A stretch of 64,000 nt of DNA from NCBI RefSeq assembly GCF_018977255.1, contig NW_024704742.1, positions 27,778,001 through 27,842,000 of the forward strand, read 5' to 3'. Position 1 is the stretch's first letter, and each line of letters starts with the position of its first letter. The notes beneath the pieces are model-generated. The model saw only the letters and a program-made list of their open reading frames with translations, was not told where the DNA came from and did no database searches. The DNA comes from Callorhinchus milii. Taxonomy: Eukaryota. The translations under genes and the position numbers were made by a program. This document shows positions 11,709 through 24,956 of the stretch, piece by piece.

Positions 11709-14133
11709 TAAAATTTGCTTGTCCAGATGGAGAAATACGTTTTGTATTAGATCAGAAGGGCAAGAGCAATGCAATACAACTTTTATTAGATATCCTGCAG
11801 CATTTCATCCCTTATGTGCTGAATGATGGTCAGTGTTGGTGACTCCTCTGCCTGCTTCCTCAGGAGTCGTCTCTTCAGATTGTTGTTGTGACTGTCTATT
11901 TGTTGGTGATCTTATCAGTCAGTTTGCAGACAACAATGCTCCAGAGTCATCCAGGAGTTGGAGGACCAATTCAATTGAAGGTTTGTTGACCAGGACACCA
12001 GAAACAAATTTATTTTCTTTTTGAAATATCATAGGTTCTTTAACACCCCCTGAACAGGACCTTGCTTTTCTCTCTGCTCCTGGTCTGGTCACCGCTTGTT
12101 GCTGGGGTGAGGTTCCACAGGCACTGGTTGGCCTCTCGTGCCTCAGCCAAGTGGTTGTTATTCATCTCTGAACCTCGGAAGTGAGTGTCGCCACGTCTTT
12201 GGGCTATAGAAACTATCACAGCTGTTCCTGACCTCTCTCCACCTGACTGCCATATACATACACACACGCACAGTAGAGGGTTTGATAGAAGGACCTGGGG
12301 CAGGAACAGTGTCTGATTCTTCTCCACCCTGAGGCCGATTTGGGCTTCCCAAAGGAAACTCAGGAAGTATAAGACAAGGAAACTGCATGGACCGAGATTC
12401 AAATCTCCTCGTGCAGGCGCTGAAACTCCATCCACTAGAACATCACATTTCCTGGTGTCTGTCTTAAACTTGCCCCCTTCGCACCCTTGATCTCTCTCTT
12501 GACCTACCGCCTTGGTGTCCCTGAAAGGAACTCTTGGCCCTTCTCAAAAGAAAAGTAACCTCTGATTAAAATGTTGAAGTTTGCTCTGAAAAATGGTGTT
12601 TCCTGGAGAGCCCCTGATGTTGTGCAGGTTATTCTGGTTCATGTTACTAATAGTTTGGAATAAAAAGGCTACATATGGGGTAAAAATAAGTATTTGTCAA
12701 CTGTTACAAACTGCACCCTAATGTTAGTAAATCTTGGGTTAACAGCAGAGCAGAGAGTTTTACTAAAGATTGATGTAAACACAATTTACTAAACATAATA
12801 TCCCAAAGGAGGCATGTTCCTCCGCTGCTTTTTAAGCTAATCTTTATTCAAAAGTTCTCCTTCAATGAACTGAGTGATTGTTAGGTGACACAAAAAACAA
12901 ACTTTGCAAGCATTTTGATGTGAGATGGTTCAGTTACAGATTAGCCTGTTCTGGAATCAGATTTCTCTTGCTTGACAATTTCTGAAAATTGGTTGGCAGT
13001 TGAACAAAGGGAGACAGGGCAACATGGCGAATGCAGTCTAATTAAACTAATAATTGCTTCTAGTTGTGTACCCAGATAATGCACCCCTGATAGTGCTAAA
13101 TTAAGTCTTGCAGCAGTTATTGAATTAATTGCTGTAACAATGAATTCTCTACAGGGTCAGATTTTTCCTACTCCTTCCCACGAGAGAATTGTAGTGCATT
13201 CCTTCTACATTATGCCCTCTGCTATGGCATGCACAGAGCTGACTGAACTAATTCCCTTTAATTCATTGAGTAAATTTATCCTACGTGTTTGGTGTAGTCT
13301 TATTCACAGTACAAAGTTTAAATTGCCCAGACAATGTTTAGTGAAAGGAAGCCCTGACCCCCAGTATTATCTTGTGTTTGCAGGTATTGCTTCATTTAAT
13401 TATTTAATTTCCAACGTGTTTAAACCATGGTTTGTGAAACGGGGAAGTTAATAAAGTTTTGCTGGTCCTTGGTACAGAACCTTAATGCCGCGCTGATCCA
13501 TGAATGCACCAGTTCTGCTAGATTAAACTGATACGTTGAGGGTAATTTTTAGGAGTGTGGAAGTCAAGGAGACCGTTGACATGCTAAATAGTCTTTTACT
13601 CTGAAAGCAGCTTATTCAACCATGGATAAGCTTCAAGAAGTTTTTGAGGCAGCGGAGGGGCGAAACTTTCTATTCAAAGTGGCTGAGTGGATGATTTGAA
13701 AACTTTTGGATTAGACCGAATTAAGTTAAAAGTCTGAACTGTGAACAGTTGCATTGCACCCATCAGTTAGAGTAATAGGTAAAAGCTGCTGCTAACATGA
13801 CTATGATTGGGGAAAAGAAACAGAAATTTACAGCATGGACAAAGGCCATTCATCCCATCGTGTCTGTGCTAGCTCTTTTAAAGCATAATCTTTTAAAGAG
13901 TATTGGTGAAGTAGTTTTTACAATGAAAAAGTGCTTTTCTTTAGAACTAGTTGTTTGTAAAAGTATCTATCATATGTAGTTCCTGGCCTGCTGAACTATC
14001 TTCTGTCTTAGAAAAAAAGCACTAGTGTAGATTTAAGCCGAATAACTGGTTTCTGTGCTGAAACATTCATTGTTTATTTTTATTTCCAGCCTTGGCTGTC
14101 CTTTGGTGAGATCAGCATTTTTACCTTTTTATA

Positions 14134-14563
14134 ATAATAAATAATAATATAATAATAATCCTTGCATTTGATGTAGCGCTTTTCACATCTTCTAGACGTC
14201 TCAAAGCACTTCACAGAATTTTTTTGTCCACAAATATATGGTCAATTCACTTTACAGTCTATCCTGTGAAGTGCTTTGAGACGTCGAAGATGTAAAAAGC
14301 GCTAAATCAAATGCAAGGATTATTATTTTATTATTATATTACTGTAAAGTGAATTGACTGTATATTTGTGGGCGAAACGCGGCAGCCAATTGCGCACAGC
14401 AGTATCTCACAAGTGTCCAATTTATTATTGTTTTTTTTCTTGAGGGATGATTATCAGGCATGTAGAGTAAGGAAACTTGCCTGGGGTTTCACCCTGCCGG
14501 GAATCGAACCCAGGACTCTCACTTGCGAGGCGAGTGCTCTAACCACTTGAGCTACGGGACTCC
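14134..14563 (-). mobile_element. SINE family A (short form) with a nested opposite-strand SINE 3' fragment (about 14226-14340)
   Basis: Head at 14490-14563 (reverse complement 'ggagtcccgtagctcaagtggttagagcactcgcctcgcaag'). The tail at 14134-14219 is separated from the body by a + strand tail copy. Confidence 0.9.
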
Positions 14564-14642
14564 TTCCATTTTATGAGTTGTGTCTTCATCTTCAACACAT
14601 CATCATAGATTCATATAAAGCAACAAAAGAAGGGAAGAATCC

Positions 14643-15343
14643 TGGCTCATTTGGTAACATTCTTGCCTCTTGAGTCATAAAGTTGTGCATTCACACCCCA
14701 CATCGAACTCAACAAACAGTCTGACACTCCAATACAGTGCTGGAGGAGCGCTGCATTGTTGGAGGTGCATTCGCTCAACAAAAAATTAAACTAAGGTCTC
14801 ATTTACCTCTTCTGGTCAGCTTTAAAGTATTACTACTCAAAGAGAAGGAAGTTTTTCCCAGTGTCCTGGCCAACAATCCCCAGGTATAAATGAGTCATTC
14901 ACCTCAAGGCTGTTTGTGAGATATTGCTATGTGGAAATTGATTGCCAAATTTAACTACAAAATACAAAAAAGGCACTTGAAATTTACCTTTGTTCACAGT
15001 TTAGATAATCCAGTCCAATGCTGGGGGACATTACATAGGAGGTGCCATCCTTCAGATAAGACTTTAATCTGAAGTCCCATCTGCCTTTTCAATTGAATAT
15101 TAAAGATCTTTTGGCACTGCATGAAAAGAGAAAGGAATTTCTTCTGGTGTCCTTATCAACAAACCACCAGGTAAAATTGATAATTCACCTCATGGCTGTT
15201 CGTTGGACATCACTTTGTGTAAATGGGCTGCCACATTTACCTGCAAAATATACAGACACTGAACTTTACAGTAAATCCTGTGATGTGCTTTGAGACATTC
15301 CAATGGCGTGATAAGGCACTACAGCTAATGCAAGGATTATTAT
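14643..15343 (+). mobile_element. Two tandem SINE family B copies (about 14643-14970 and 15000-15343)
   Basis: Head 'tggctcatttggtaacattcttgcctcttgagtcataaagttgtg'. The Deu-like 'ggaggtgc...' core occurs twice; the second copy ends in 'aatgcaaggattattat'. Confidence 0.75.
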
Positions 15344-15870
15344 GAAGTTCCATGTTTCCTTTGAACAGACTGATATTACCCGAAGTTTAAAATATAAGTA
15401 ATTATTCAGGAAAAGGTAGTGTGAAGCACATAATGGCCACATAATGATCAGTTAACGAGGTCATTAGTGTATTAATAAAGGAAATGTGCCCAGACAGGGG
15501 GAAAAGACTGTGGAGATGACTTCAGGGCAAAAACTAAAGCACTGCTTCACTGAGGCTAAAGTTGTTTTTTTTAGCAATTCTTTATGTTAATTCATTAATT
15601 TTTACTTTTTTTTTCTTCCAGGGAATCATCCTACCAGGATATATAGGAATCATTAAACTATAAATGTCACTGAGCTAATATTGTAAGGTGTCTCTGCCTT
15701 TTTCAACGAAAAGGTGGCACTAATGCAGAACTATAAACTGATACACCAACTTAGTTCTTGTGTATGATTTCAACGGGGGTTCGAAATATTGGGGTTGGGG
15801 AGAGGGGGCGTAACTTGCAATGTGATAATGGTCATTTTTTTTCTTTTTGGGTACCCGAGTCCAAAACGCA

Positions 15871-15980
15871 CAGACACCCATTGCTATGGTATACAAACCA
15901 GACTGAGAATGTCATGTGTACCTGGAATTTTCCCTGTGACTGAATTGGAGTGCGCAATCTCTCCCCAGAGGGACATGCTC
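15871..15980 (+). repeat. Unidentified dispersed repeat (family X), copy 2
   Basis: 'caaaccagactgagaatg...ggaattttccctgtg...ggagtgcgcaatctctccccagagggac'. Confidence 0.55.
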
Positions 15981-16014
15981 TGCTCACCAAATCTCAGCCA
16001 GTATAAAGCACAGT

Positions 16015-16396
16015 GGAGTTCTGTAGCTTATTGGTTAGAGCACTCCCTCGCAAGCGAGAGGACCTGGGTTTGATTCCCAGGCAGGGTGAAACCTTAAGCA
16101 AGTTTCCTTATTCCATACACCACTGTTTACCTAGCAGTAAGTAGGCATCTGATTATATGTTGATTGGTGGATCGCTTTTCCGGGGGTAATTATACCTCCA
16201 AATAATAAATAAATGAATAATTTGTTTATTCAATCCATGAATGTTTGTGGGACACTGCTGTATGCAATTGGGTGCCGTGTTTCACCCACAAAATATACAG
16301 TCACTACACTTTATAATATATTCTGTGAAGCACTTTGAGGTGTCTCGAAGAGATGATATGGCTCTTTTGATGATATGGCAAGGATTATTATATTAT
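16015..16396 (+). mobile_element. SINE family A, full-length long form
   Basis: 'ggagttctgtagcttattggttagagcactccctcgcaagcgagaggacctgggtttgattccc' through the long middle segment to the (att)n tail. Confidence 0.9.
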
Positions 16397-16439
16397 AAGG
16401 TGAAGACTTTGGTTCCCCTGGAGTGTGAGTTGAGACACT

Positions 16440-16845
16440 GCTAGATCAGTCTCACTATTGATTCAGAATGTTGTGGGTTCACGTCATGTTTCTGAGTTTT
16501 AAATTCACATTGTCTAGCTTGATATTCCAGTGCTGGGGGAGTGCTGTATTGATGAAGGTGCTGTCTTTCCAATAAGATATTAAGCTGTGGTTCCATTTGT
16601 CTGTTCCGGTGCGCGCTAAAGATCCAAAAACACTATTCGAAAGAGAACAGGGAGTTTCTCCCGGTGCGTTAGCCAACAATCCCTCAGGTGAAGTTAATCA
16701 TTCACTTCATGGCTGCTTGTCGGGCATTGCTGCGTGCAAATTGGCTGTCAATTAATACACAGTCACTACATTTTATTGAGAAGTGCTTTGAGATGTCCTC
16801 GTGACACTAAAAGCATTGTATCAAATAAATAAGGATTATTATTAA
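16440..16845 (+). mobile_element. SINE family B (DeuSINE/SacSINE1-like)
   Basis: 'ttcagaatgttgtgggttcacgtc...cagtgctgggggagtgctgtattg...aaagatccaaaaacactattcgaaagagaacagggagtttctcccggtg' plus tail. Confidence 0.8.
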
Positions 16846-19291
16846 GAAGGTCCAGAAGCTTATTGATTTCAATTCTGGGAGAATGTCCCCAGTCTACCTC
16901 TCACCCAATACTCCTAAATGTTCTTGTTATTGGCCACCCAGTTTTTATTACTGTTTAACCCTCCCCCCACCCCCCCGGGAAAAGAAGGTGAACTAAAAAA
17001 AGAATAAGTTCAGTTTGTGGGTAAAACATCATTTTGGATAATTCCTCCCTGATTGCCAAAGGCAGACTAGTGAGCTCCAAGGAAGGATTGAATTCTTACG
17101 AACTCGGAAGCTGACCAAATTGATCCGATATCCTACCACACAATGTCAGTGTGGCACATTTAGTGCTGCTGGCTGTAACTGCTGATCTGTTCTTGCCTGA
17201 GAACCCTGTGTAAATTTCTCTTCAATGAGTGAACACTATTTACACAGACATTAACAGTTCCAGATGTTCCCTAGCCTCTGTGGGGACAAGTGCTTCCGCA
17301 TATCCAGCTGGAAGTGAGAGCGTTACCTCTAGTTCTGGAACATGTATTAAGGAGGAAGATCTTTCATTCCATCTGTCATTATAGCGAGTCTCTCATCATA
17401 TCTAAGCACCTCCATTTAGAGTTTAGATTGACTCAGTGCAATGCTAGGGGAGTACTATGTTGGAGTGAGATACTGTCTTCGGGTTTGACTTTAATCTGAG
17501 GTCTTGTCTGCCTGTTCAATTGAAAATCAAAGATCCTTTGGCAGTGCTTAAAAAAAAAAGGGGATCTTTTCCAATGCCTGTCCAACAATTCTCCCAGCTA
17601 AAGTTGACATTTGCTTCATGGCTGTTTATTGGACATTCTGTGTGCAAACGAGCTGATTGATGTATTTGTGTACGAAATAGACGATCAGTAAATCTGTGCG
17701 CTGGGTGCAATTTGTGTTTCTGTGTTGACTTTAGCTGCTGTTTTCACCTACAAAATACACAGTTACTATACTTAACAGTAGACCTCAGTTGTCAAATTGC
17801 TATTGACTGCATTGCATTTTTCATCCCATCATGTTTGAATACAAATATATGACTCATTGTTTAGGCCAGTGGGAGATCAGAGCTTTTCGCCTTGTGCCTT
17901 TCCCCTACGGTAAGTTTCTGATCATAGTTAAGTTGTCAGACAGAAGCACTGAGCAGAGGTAACTCGCATCACCACAGGGCTTAGAGAATATCAGAGATTC
18001 TTATGCACTTTATTATCAGGTTAGAGAATTGGCTTTGGCAGAAGCTTCAGAGAATGTTGGCAGCGACCCTCTCGGACACAGAATGATACCTGATGGAGAA
18101 CTTAAAGGGAATTAGATTCTAGAGGAAGTGTTGAGATAATAATAATAATATTAATAATAATATTCCTTACATTTGGTATAGCGCTTTTCACATCAGGTAT
18201 TGTCCCAAAGCGTCTCATAGGATTTACTGTAAAGTGCAGTGACTGTACTTTATGGGCAAATGTGGCAGCTAATTTAAGCACAGTAAAATCAATTATTTTT
18301 GGTGTAGCGTAAAATCCTGCCTTTACACTTCTGTATTTGGGAGCTTTCTCTTCCTGCACCAAATTTCTATGTTGCCATACACTGAAAGTAGGATTTAGAG
18401 CAGTCCAATCAGTACAGGGGGAGTTGGCTAGCCTGAGACCATTCAATCTCAGGAAAATTCAGTACTCCCTGGGCATTGACAAGTGTCACAGATAACCTCA
18501 TTACTTTATACTCAAGTATTTCTTATGTGAAGCCATAAGAAGGATGTTTCTTCCATGGCTAGTACCCCAGGCTTGGTAGTGAGATGGACGATGACCATGA
18601 ATTGGGTCGTGGCAGCAGTGGAGAAGGCGTGGTTAAGACACTGCAAAATATTGTAGACTTGCCTCGCTCACAACAGGTGAGACGAATACCTTCCCTTGGC
18701 AAGTTATCTTCATTTATTTTACCCAATTAAAGGCTAGGCCATCCGCCTTGACCATACAATTGAAGTATGATTGTATGTTTGGTACTCTTTAGATTATAAT
18801 CTATTCACAAACACATTCATTGCTTCATAGGACAGAGCACATTGATATGAATTGTTGCCAAAATCCAAACCAAAATGATTAATAATGTTGATAAATTCCA
18901 ATAACTATTCGTATAGTCTCCAAATTCTTATATTCTATTTTATTGAATGTCATAAGTAACCTTTCTCCCTGTGCAAGGGCCAACTGTTATCTCTTGCTGC
19001 TCAGATGAGACTGTTCAGAAGGTACATTCTCATGTAGCACTGCCATTTTCCCCCACTTATTACATTGAAGGAGACTCAACACTGTGCAACAATTGAAAGG
19101 TTTTCTGAAGGCACATGTGTGTATAAAACTGTTTAAAATGTTCTCGAAATCGATTAGATCAGTAGTCATCAGAACAAATAAATGAGACTGAGTGAAGTCA
19201 GTCAGAAGGGGGAGAAGTCCTCTGTGGGGCAGGATTTATATGACGGGTTGCTCACAGGAGGAGTGAATATTTTTACAATACAAATATAATA

Positions 19292-19440
19292 CAAATTTAC
19301 ATTTATATAGCACCTTTCACATTGGGAGGACGTCCCAAGTTGCTTGACAATACTGGCTTGACAGCCGAGCTTGGGTGGGAGCTGAGAGGAAATAAGACTG
19401 AAAGGCTTGATTCACACCTTGAATGAGGTGAGGGACAGAG
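19292..19440 (-). mobile_element. L2 3' end
   Basis: 'aaatttacatttatatagcacctttcacattgggaggacgtcccaag' is the reverse complement of the L2 tail. Confidence 0.65.
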
Positions 19441-22400
19441 TGAATTATGATGGAATTGCTTTCAGCTATTGGCATGTGTATCAAATGTTTAGATAATGCC
19501 ATCTCCCCACCCCCAACACTCTTTTAAATTAATTGAAAAATAAAGTTTAAAAAAGCTAAAATTATGAAATAAATTTGAATGTGTGAAACACAGAGGAAAG
19601 AAATGCAAAATAATAGAATGAATGGACGTAAAGCAATTTTAAAAAGGTTCTTTTGCAGGTCATATTGAAACCGATGACCTACATTTGAGAATACAAAAGG
19701 GAAATTACCAGATTCTTTTCTAAATCCCCAATTACAGACTGATATGGAGAAGGCAAGAAACAGAATCTTGATTCACATTCATTTTGCTTTCACTTAAAAC
19801 TGCTTTCACTACATGGTTGTTTGTGGAACCATTGCTATGCAGAAATTGGCTTCCGTGTCTGCCATCGAATATATGGTCAGTGTCAAAATGTAATTCTTAC
19901 TGCTATTATTATTACATTTTAATAGGCGGTCGAGAATAAGATATCTGGCCTATTGAATCTGTTTTGACAGGCAGAATGTTGGTGCTGTGGAAACATTATT
20001 TTAATCATAAAATTCAAGCACAGAGAGGGATCAACACAAATACGGTACTGTTAAATCTTTTACTAAATCCCAACTCCTGCTGTTTCCCCAATCCTTGTTT
20101 TATATTGTTCCTCTTTCAATATTTATCCCTTTTAAATGTTGCTATGGTCATAGCTTCAATAGTCACTTGTGGCAAGGCATTACATATTCTCGTTATCCAC
20201 TAGCTAAATACAATCCTCTACTCTTGTCCCTTAATTCTTCCAGTGACAATTCAGAAGTTATGCAGAATTCACCAACAGGAATAATATTTCACTGCTTATA
20301 CTCTCAAGACTCTCAATTGCATTGAGAAAGCCCAATTTTTTTTTCTCAATTGAGAAGGCTAGATTTAGTCAATTTATGTAGATTTTAGGTTCTCCAGAAA
20401 CTCCTAAATACAGCTCAAGTTTTGAAGCTGGTTTTCTGGAAGATCTTTTAAGAACTACAGGGAAAGAAACTTTGGAATTAAGACTAAAATCGACAATTTG
20501 CCAAATGCTCTGCAACAGTGGAGTCAATCTGGGCTCTGGTTGAATTTCTCCCCACACATTTTTAATATACTTAAATGGCGAGTTAGGCAGATGAGTTTAA
20601 TGGGAAGAGATGGGAGTCTTGAATGCTAACTTCAAATTGGACAACGTTTCCTAAACAATGAAAGCTGTTACTTTATGTGGGAAACTGAAGAATATCAGTC
20701 AGGAATTTTTTTGGCAATCTGCAATGCTTGTAAAGATGCCTGTCATCATGGGAATAAATGTCTCCATTGCAAAGCCTAAAATTAAAGCCATTAAATAAAC
20801 AGATGTCTCGTGAATTTTCCTCTAATCAAGCCAAAAGCAAGGAAAGAAAAGACACTGAAAGATGGAAGGTACTTTACCTCTGTGCAGTATTCATGAGAAC
20901 CACATGAGCTGGTAAATTAGATGACATCATGCATCTGGTGCAGAAGATAATAACCATTTAAAATATTACATTTCCTAAGCACGACCTGATGTCACATGGC
21001 TTTTTAGGATAGTGTGATGGAGCAGGGGGAAAACAGCCAACAATTCAGTGCATATGTGTTCATGCTCCTGCACAAATGGGAAAGAGAACAAGGTTTGTGA
21101 TGCATTTTGTTTGCATGCAGAATATGAAAAGCATGACTCATAAATCACACTGCATTATTAATGGCTTGATATTATTCAGCAATTTAGCAAAATACTTTCA
21201 AAAACCCTGTCCCATGTTATCCAGCACCCCATTATTTTAGACTTGTTTTTTTCTATCAGATTATGGGCAGCACTCCATGTAGCTCAGTGGTTCCCAGCTT
21301 TTTCACTTTTAATGAGTTACCTGTCATTCAGCATTTGCTCAGTCTTCACCTCATAGACACTGTAAGCTTTTGTGCCAGACCTCCTTGGCTTGTGGGAGGG
21401 TGGGATGAATTGTGTGCTCATCATTCCACAGCATCAATCTCACATCTAAAGTACAGACTGGTCAGGGATGTGCACTTGTGGAAATGAGGGCTGTGAATAG
21501 TTCTGGTGATACTGCAAGAGGTATGACTCCATCTTCTCCACTGAATTATCTGCTAGGTGAAAGAATTGGAGAAGAAGCTCAGACTGATTTTATGAAGCCA
21601 GTTATGTTATAAAATTGATATAGCAACACATTCCATGTACTCTGCCAGCTTTGACTACTTCAGAAGACCCCTGAGGGTGTTTCATGGGAAAACTTTCATT
21701 TCTGTATCTTTGGTTATCGGTCAGTGTAATAGTAAATACTAATCCTTGCATTTGATATTGGGTCTTTTGTGGCAGAGGATATCTCAAAGAGATTCGCAGG
21801 ATTTTACAATGAAGTGTAGTGACTGCAATTTGTTTGCTTTTTCCAAACAATTTGCAACCGGCAATCAATTTACATACATCAACGTCCAATAAACAGCCGT
21901 GAGATGGATGATCAATTTTTAAAGCACTCTGGGACTCTACCCTGTGTGAGGGGCGCTATACAAAGTTGCTGTTAACTGGAATGCTGCTGTTGAGATGAGC
22001 TTCTGTTGCCATGAGCAGCATTGCATGCATTCCTATGCAAGAAAATTTTTTTGTCGATGCCCGTTATGAAGGAAGTTAGCGTGGCTTCTGGTGGATAGCA
22101 CACATGTACAGCAGGCAGGTAGTGTTGCAGCATGGGCAACATGCAGGAAATGACATCTGTGGTGTTTTCTATCTATCTATAAGTGACGTCAGTGATGACC
22201 TGATACTCTGGAAGTGAGTCAGTTTTATGTGCTTGGTTTCAATAAGGCCTCTGAGATATTGCACCCAAGTGTCACATTATTATGTGGCTGCTGTACATTA
22301 GCAAATGCACTCTTCCTAAAAAAAAATGTTGAAAGGGAATTATCTTGCTTATCCTTCTGGCCAGCAAAAATTGAGAAATGAATTCCATAGCATAGGAATT

Positions 22401-23682
22401 AGGGAGCTTTTTTTTGATGAGACCATGTTTCAAGATCAACTCCTAGTTGGCGTGGTATCACTTCCATTGTTCAACATTTTCTGGCTGGAATGTTTTCTAA
22501 GGGTCCATCATTGAGTCCCATTCCTGTGCTCTTACATCAGTTTTCTTTTCAATAAAATAGTAAAAAATAACACTGTTTTATTAGCCCCATCTCTTGCTAA
22601 GTAAGTGTTCAGTATTGTCTCTCATATGGCCTATTCAGTTCATTCCTGTTATTCCCTCAACACTTAATAGCTACATAAGGTATTATACGAACCTTGGTAT
22701 GGAGAGACCTACCATGACATTCAATTCAGGATCTTGGCACCCTGCCTCAAAGTTGATCCCTCTGGTTATAAATTTATCTTTGGAAGAAGGTCTCAGACTC
22801 GAATTTCAGATGTTCTCTCTAATTTATACCTGATTAGGGAATTTTCAATACCTCTGCTCACTCTACCATCCTGCCTGGAAATATATTTGCAGAGATCTGC
22901 TTCTCTCAGGGACACTTCAGATTGGCAGTTAATTTTCACAGCTCAGCTCAAGTATCCCATTGAGCCAAACACCATTAGATCCTAAATTAAGCCTATGCTT
23001 TGTGAGTGCTGGTATCAACGTTTCTAAGTTTGGCCTGATTGCAGTCAGGGGTTCTTTTGCCACAGAAGTCCCCCTAGATGAGCTTGTATTTTGCCCACTG
23101 CTGTGGCACCTGTCAGGATTTATACCATTTGCTAATACCTTCTGTCCTTTCAAGTCTGTTTTCGTTCAAGTGCCTGTTGAAAGGCACATTCCAAACCTAA
23201 AGGTAATTCTATCAAATCATCCTTCTCCATTGGGTCTAAATGAGAAAAATAGTTTTTTGTGTGGAACTGAGAATGTTTGCCTTAAATTAAATAGTTGCTA
23301 TGCTCTTCCCCAAGGCTCAGCTGTGGTCCTGGAAACTTTTACTCCCTTTTGGTTTATTGGATTCTGTACATATGCATATTGTTAATATGACAACTTCCCC
23401 TGATGTCCTTCAGCAAAGAAGAAATGTAAGTGGAAAGACATAGGCATGATTACAACTGTGGCTCAGGAATGCAAGCTTTGTTTCAATTGATATGACAACC
23501 TTTCAATTTGATTGTATTTCTTCACGCATTGCATACGAATTGATGGCTTAGCTCCTTCACATCATTTGCTTTGGAATGCACCAACACCATATTAGATCTG
23601 TTGCTGACACCTGTAAAGAACAGCACGGCAACGTCAGTAAAATCTGGCAGTAAACATTTTGCTTTTCATGTGTCCCACATGA

Positions 23683-23743
23683 CGCACTCTGGAATGCTAC
23701 CCTGCGTGAGAGGCGCTATACAAATGTAAGTTGTTGTTGTTGT
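23683..23743 (+). mobile_element. L2-type tail, second variant
   Basis: 'ctctggaatgctaccctgcgtgagaggcgctatacaaatgtaagttgttgttgttg'; related copies near 21926, 26770 and 46427 (minus strand). Confidence 0.6.
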
Positions 23744-24647
23744 GAAATGTCAAAAACAACAATCGATCAAGACCATGAAAGCCAGTCTTCCGCTTAAAGG
23801 CAAAACAGACTAACGATCCTCATGATCGTTTTGTTTGCTGAAATGAAATGTAGCAAAATAGACATTTAATGAATTATGCTAATAAAAATCGAATGTAGCA
23901 GCAGCTAGAGTCATGCAATAGTTCCACTGTAATGTAAATACATTGAAATGAAAGGGATGGAATTCCAGGATTATAAAGTTGTATTTGTAAGCAGGCTACC
24001 TCACACACCCACAGTGATTTGTGACACAATGTTTATATTTTGCAATAAGTCATTTCATGTTTAAAGCCACAATTAGACTGATGATAAACTGTTTAGACTA
24101 AAAGGCCTCAGCTATTGAGTTTTGTTCCAAGAAAAATAACACAATTTCTTTGAAACAAGTACTTTTGCTTTGACTTTCAGCAATGTAGTCATAGTCTGAT
24201 GTATGAAAGCTGGTGACAAATTGTTTTACTTTGGTTTTTAATAATAAGACATTGATGGAGGAAGTATTATTTTTCAAATATAAAGGGTCCATTATAGATG
24301 CCTTTGAACAAAATCATAAGATGTAACAGGGCTTTATTTTGTAATTTTGAGCTCATGTGCTCCAAAAATACAATGGCATCTGAAACTGATTGCAGAGCTT
24401 TGTTTAATTACAATAATCTAATAATCCTTGCATTTGGCAGTGCCTTATGTCGTTAAGACATCTCAAATCGCTTCACAGAATATATTGGAAAGTTGGTTGA
24501 CTGTATTTTGTGGGTGAAACATGGCAGCCAATTGCGCACAGCAATGTCCCACAAACAGTTGTGGATTGAGTGACCAAATTATTTATATATTTTAAACGAT
24601 TATTACTCCCCGGACAGCGATCTGCCAATTGACTAACAACCAGGTTC

Positions 24648-24943
24648 ATAATAATAATAATCCTTGCATTTGATATAGCGCTTTTCACGTCTTCTAGACG
24701 TCTCAAAGCATTTTACAGAATAGACTGTACTTTGTGGGCGAAACGCGACAGCCAATTGTGCACAGCGGTGTCCCACAAACAGTCGTGGATTGAAAATGAC
24801 CAATTTATTATTGTTTTGTTTTGGAGGGATTATTATTAGGCGTGTGGAGTAAGGAAACTTGCCCAAGGTTTCGCCCTGCCCGGAATTGAACCCAGGTGTC
24901 TTGCTTGCAAGGCACTGCTCTAACTACTGAGCTACAGGACTCC
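24648..24943 (-). mobile_element. SINE family A short form, full length, nested in the long-form copy
   Basis: Near-consensus copy from (ata)n 'atccttgcatttgatatagcgcttttcacgtcttctagacgtctc' to 'ctgagctacaggactcc'. Confidence 0.92.
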
Positions 24944-24956
24944 ATGTACTTACTTT

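Noticed and set aside
21557..21595. Short peptide matches to DIAPH (VKELEKKL here; PQYY near 13360; FMQLLNTI near 28750)
   Set aside because: Short matches of this kind are expected by chance in 64 kb; they are flanked by stops or lack suitable splice sites.
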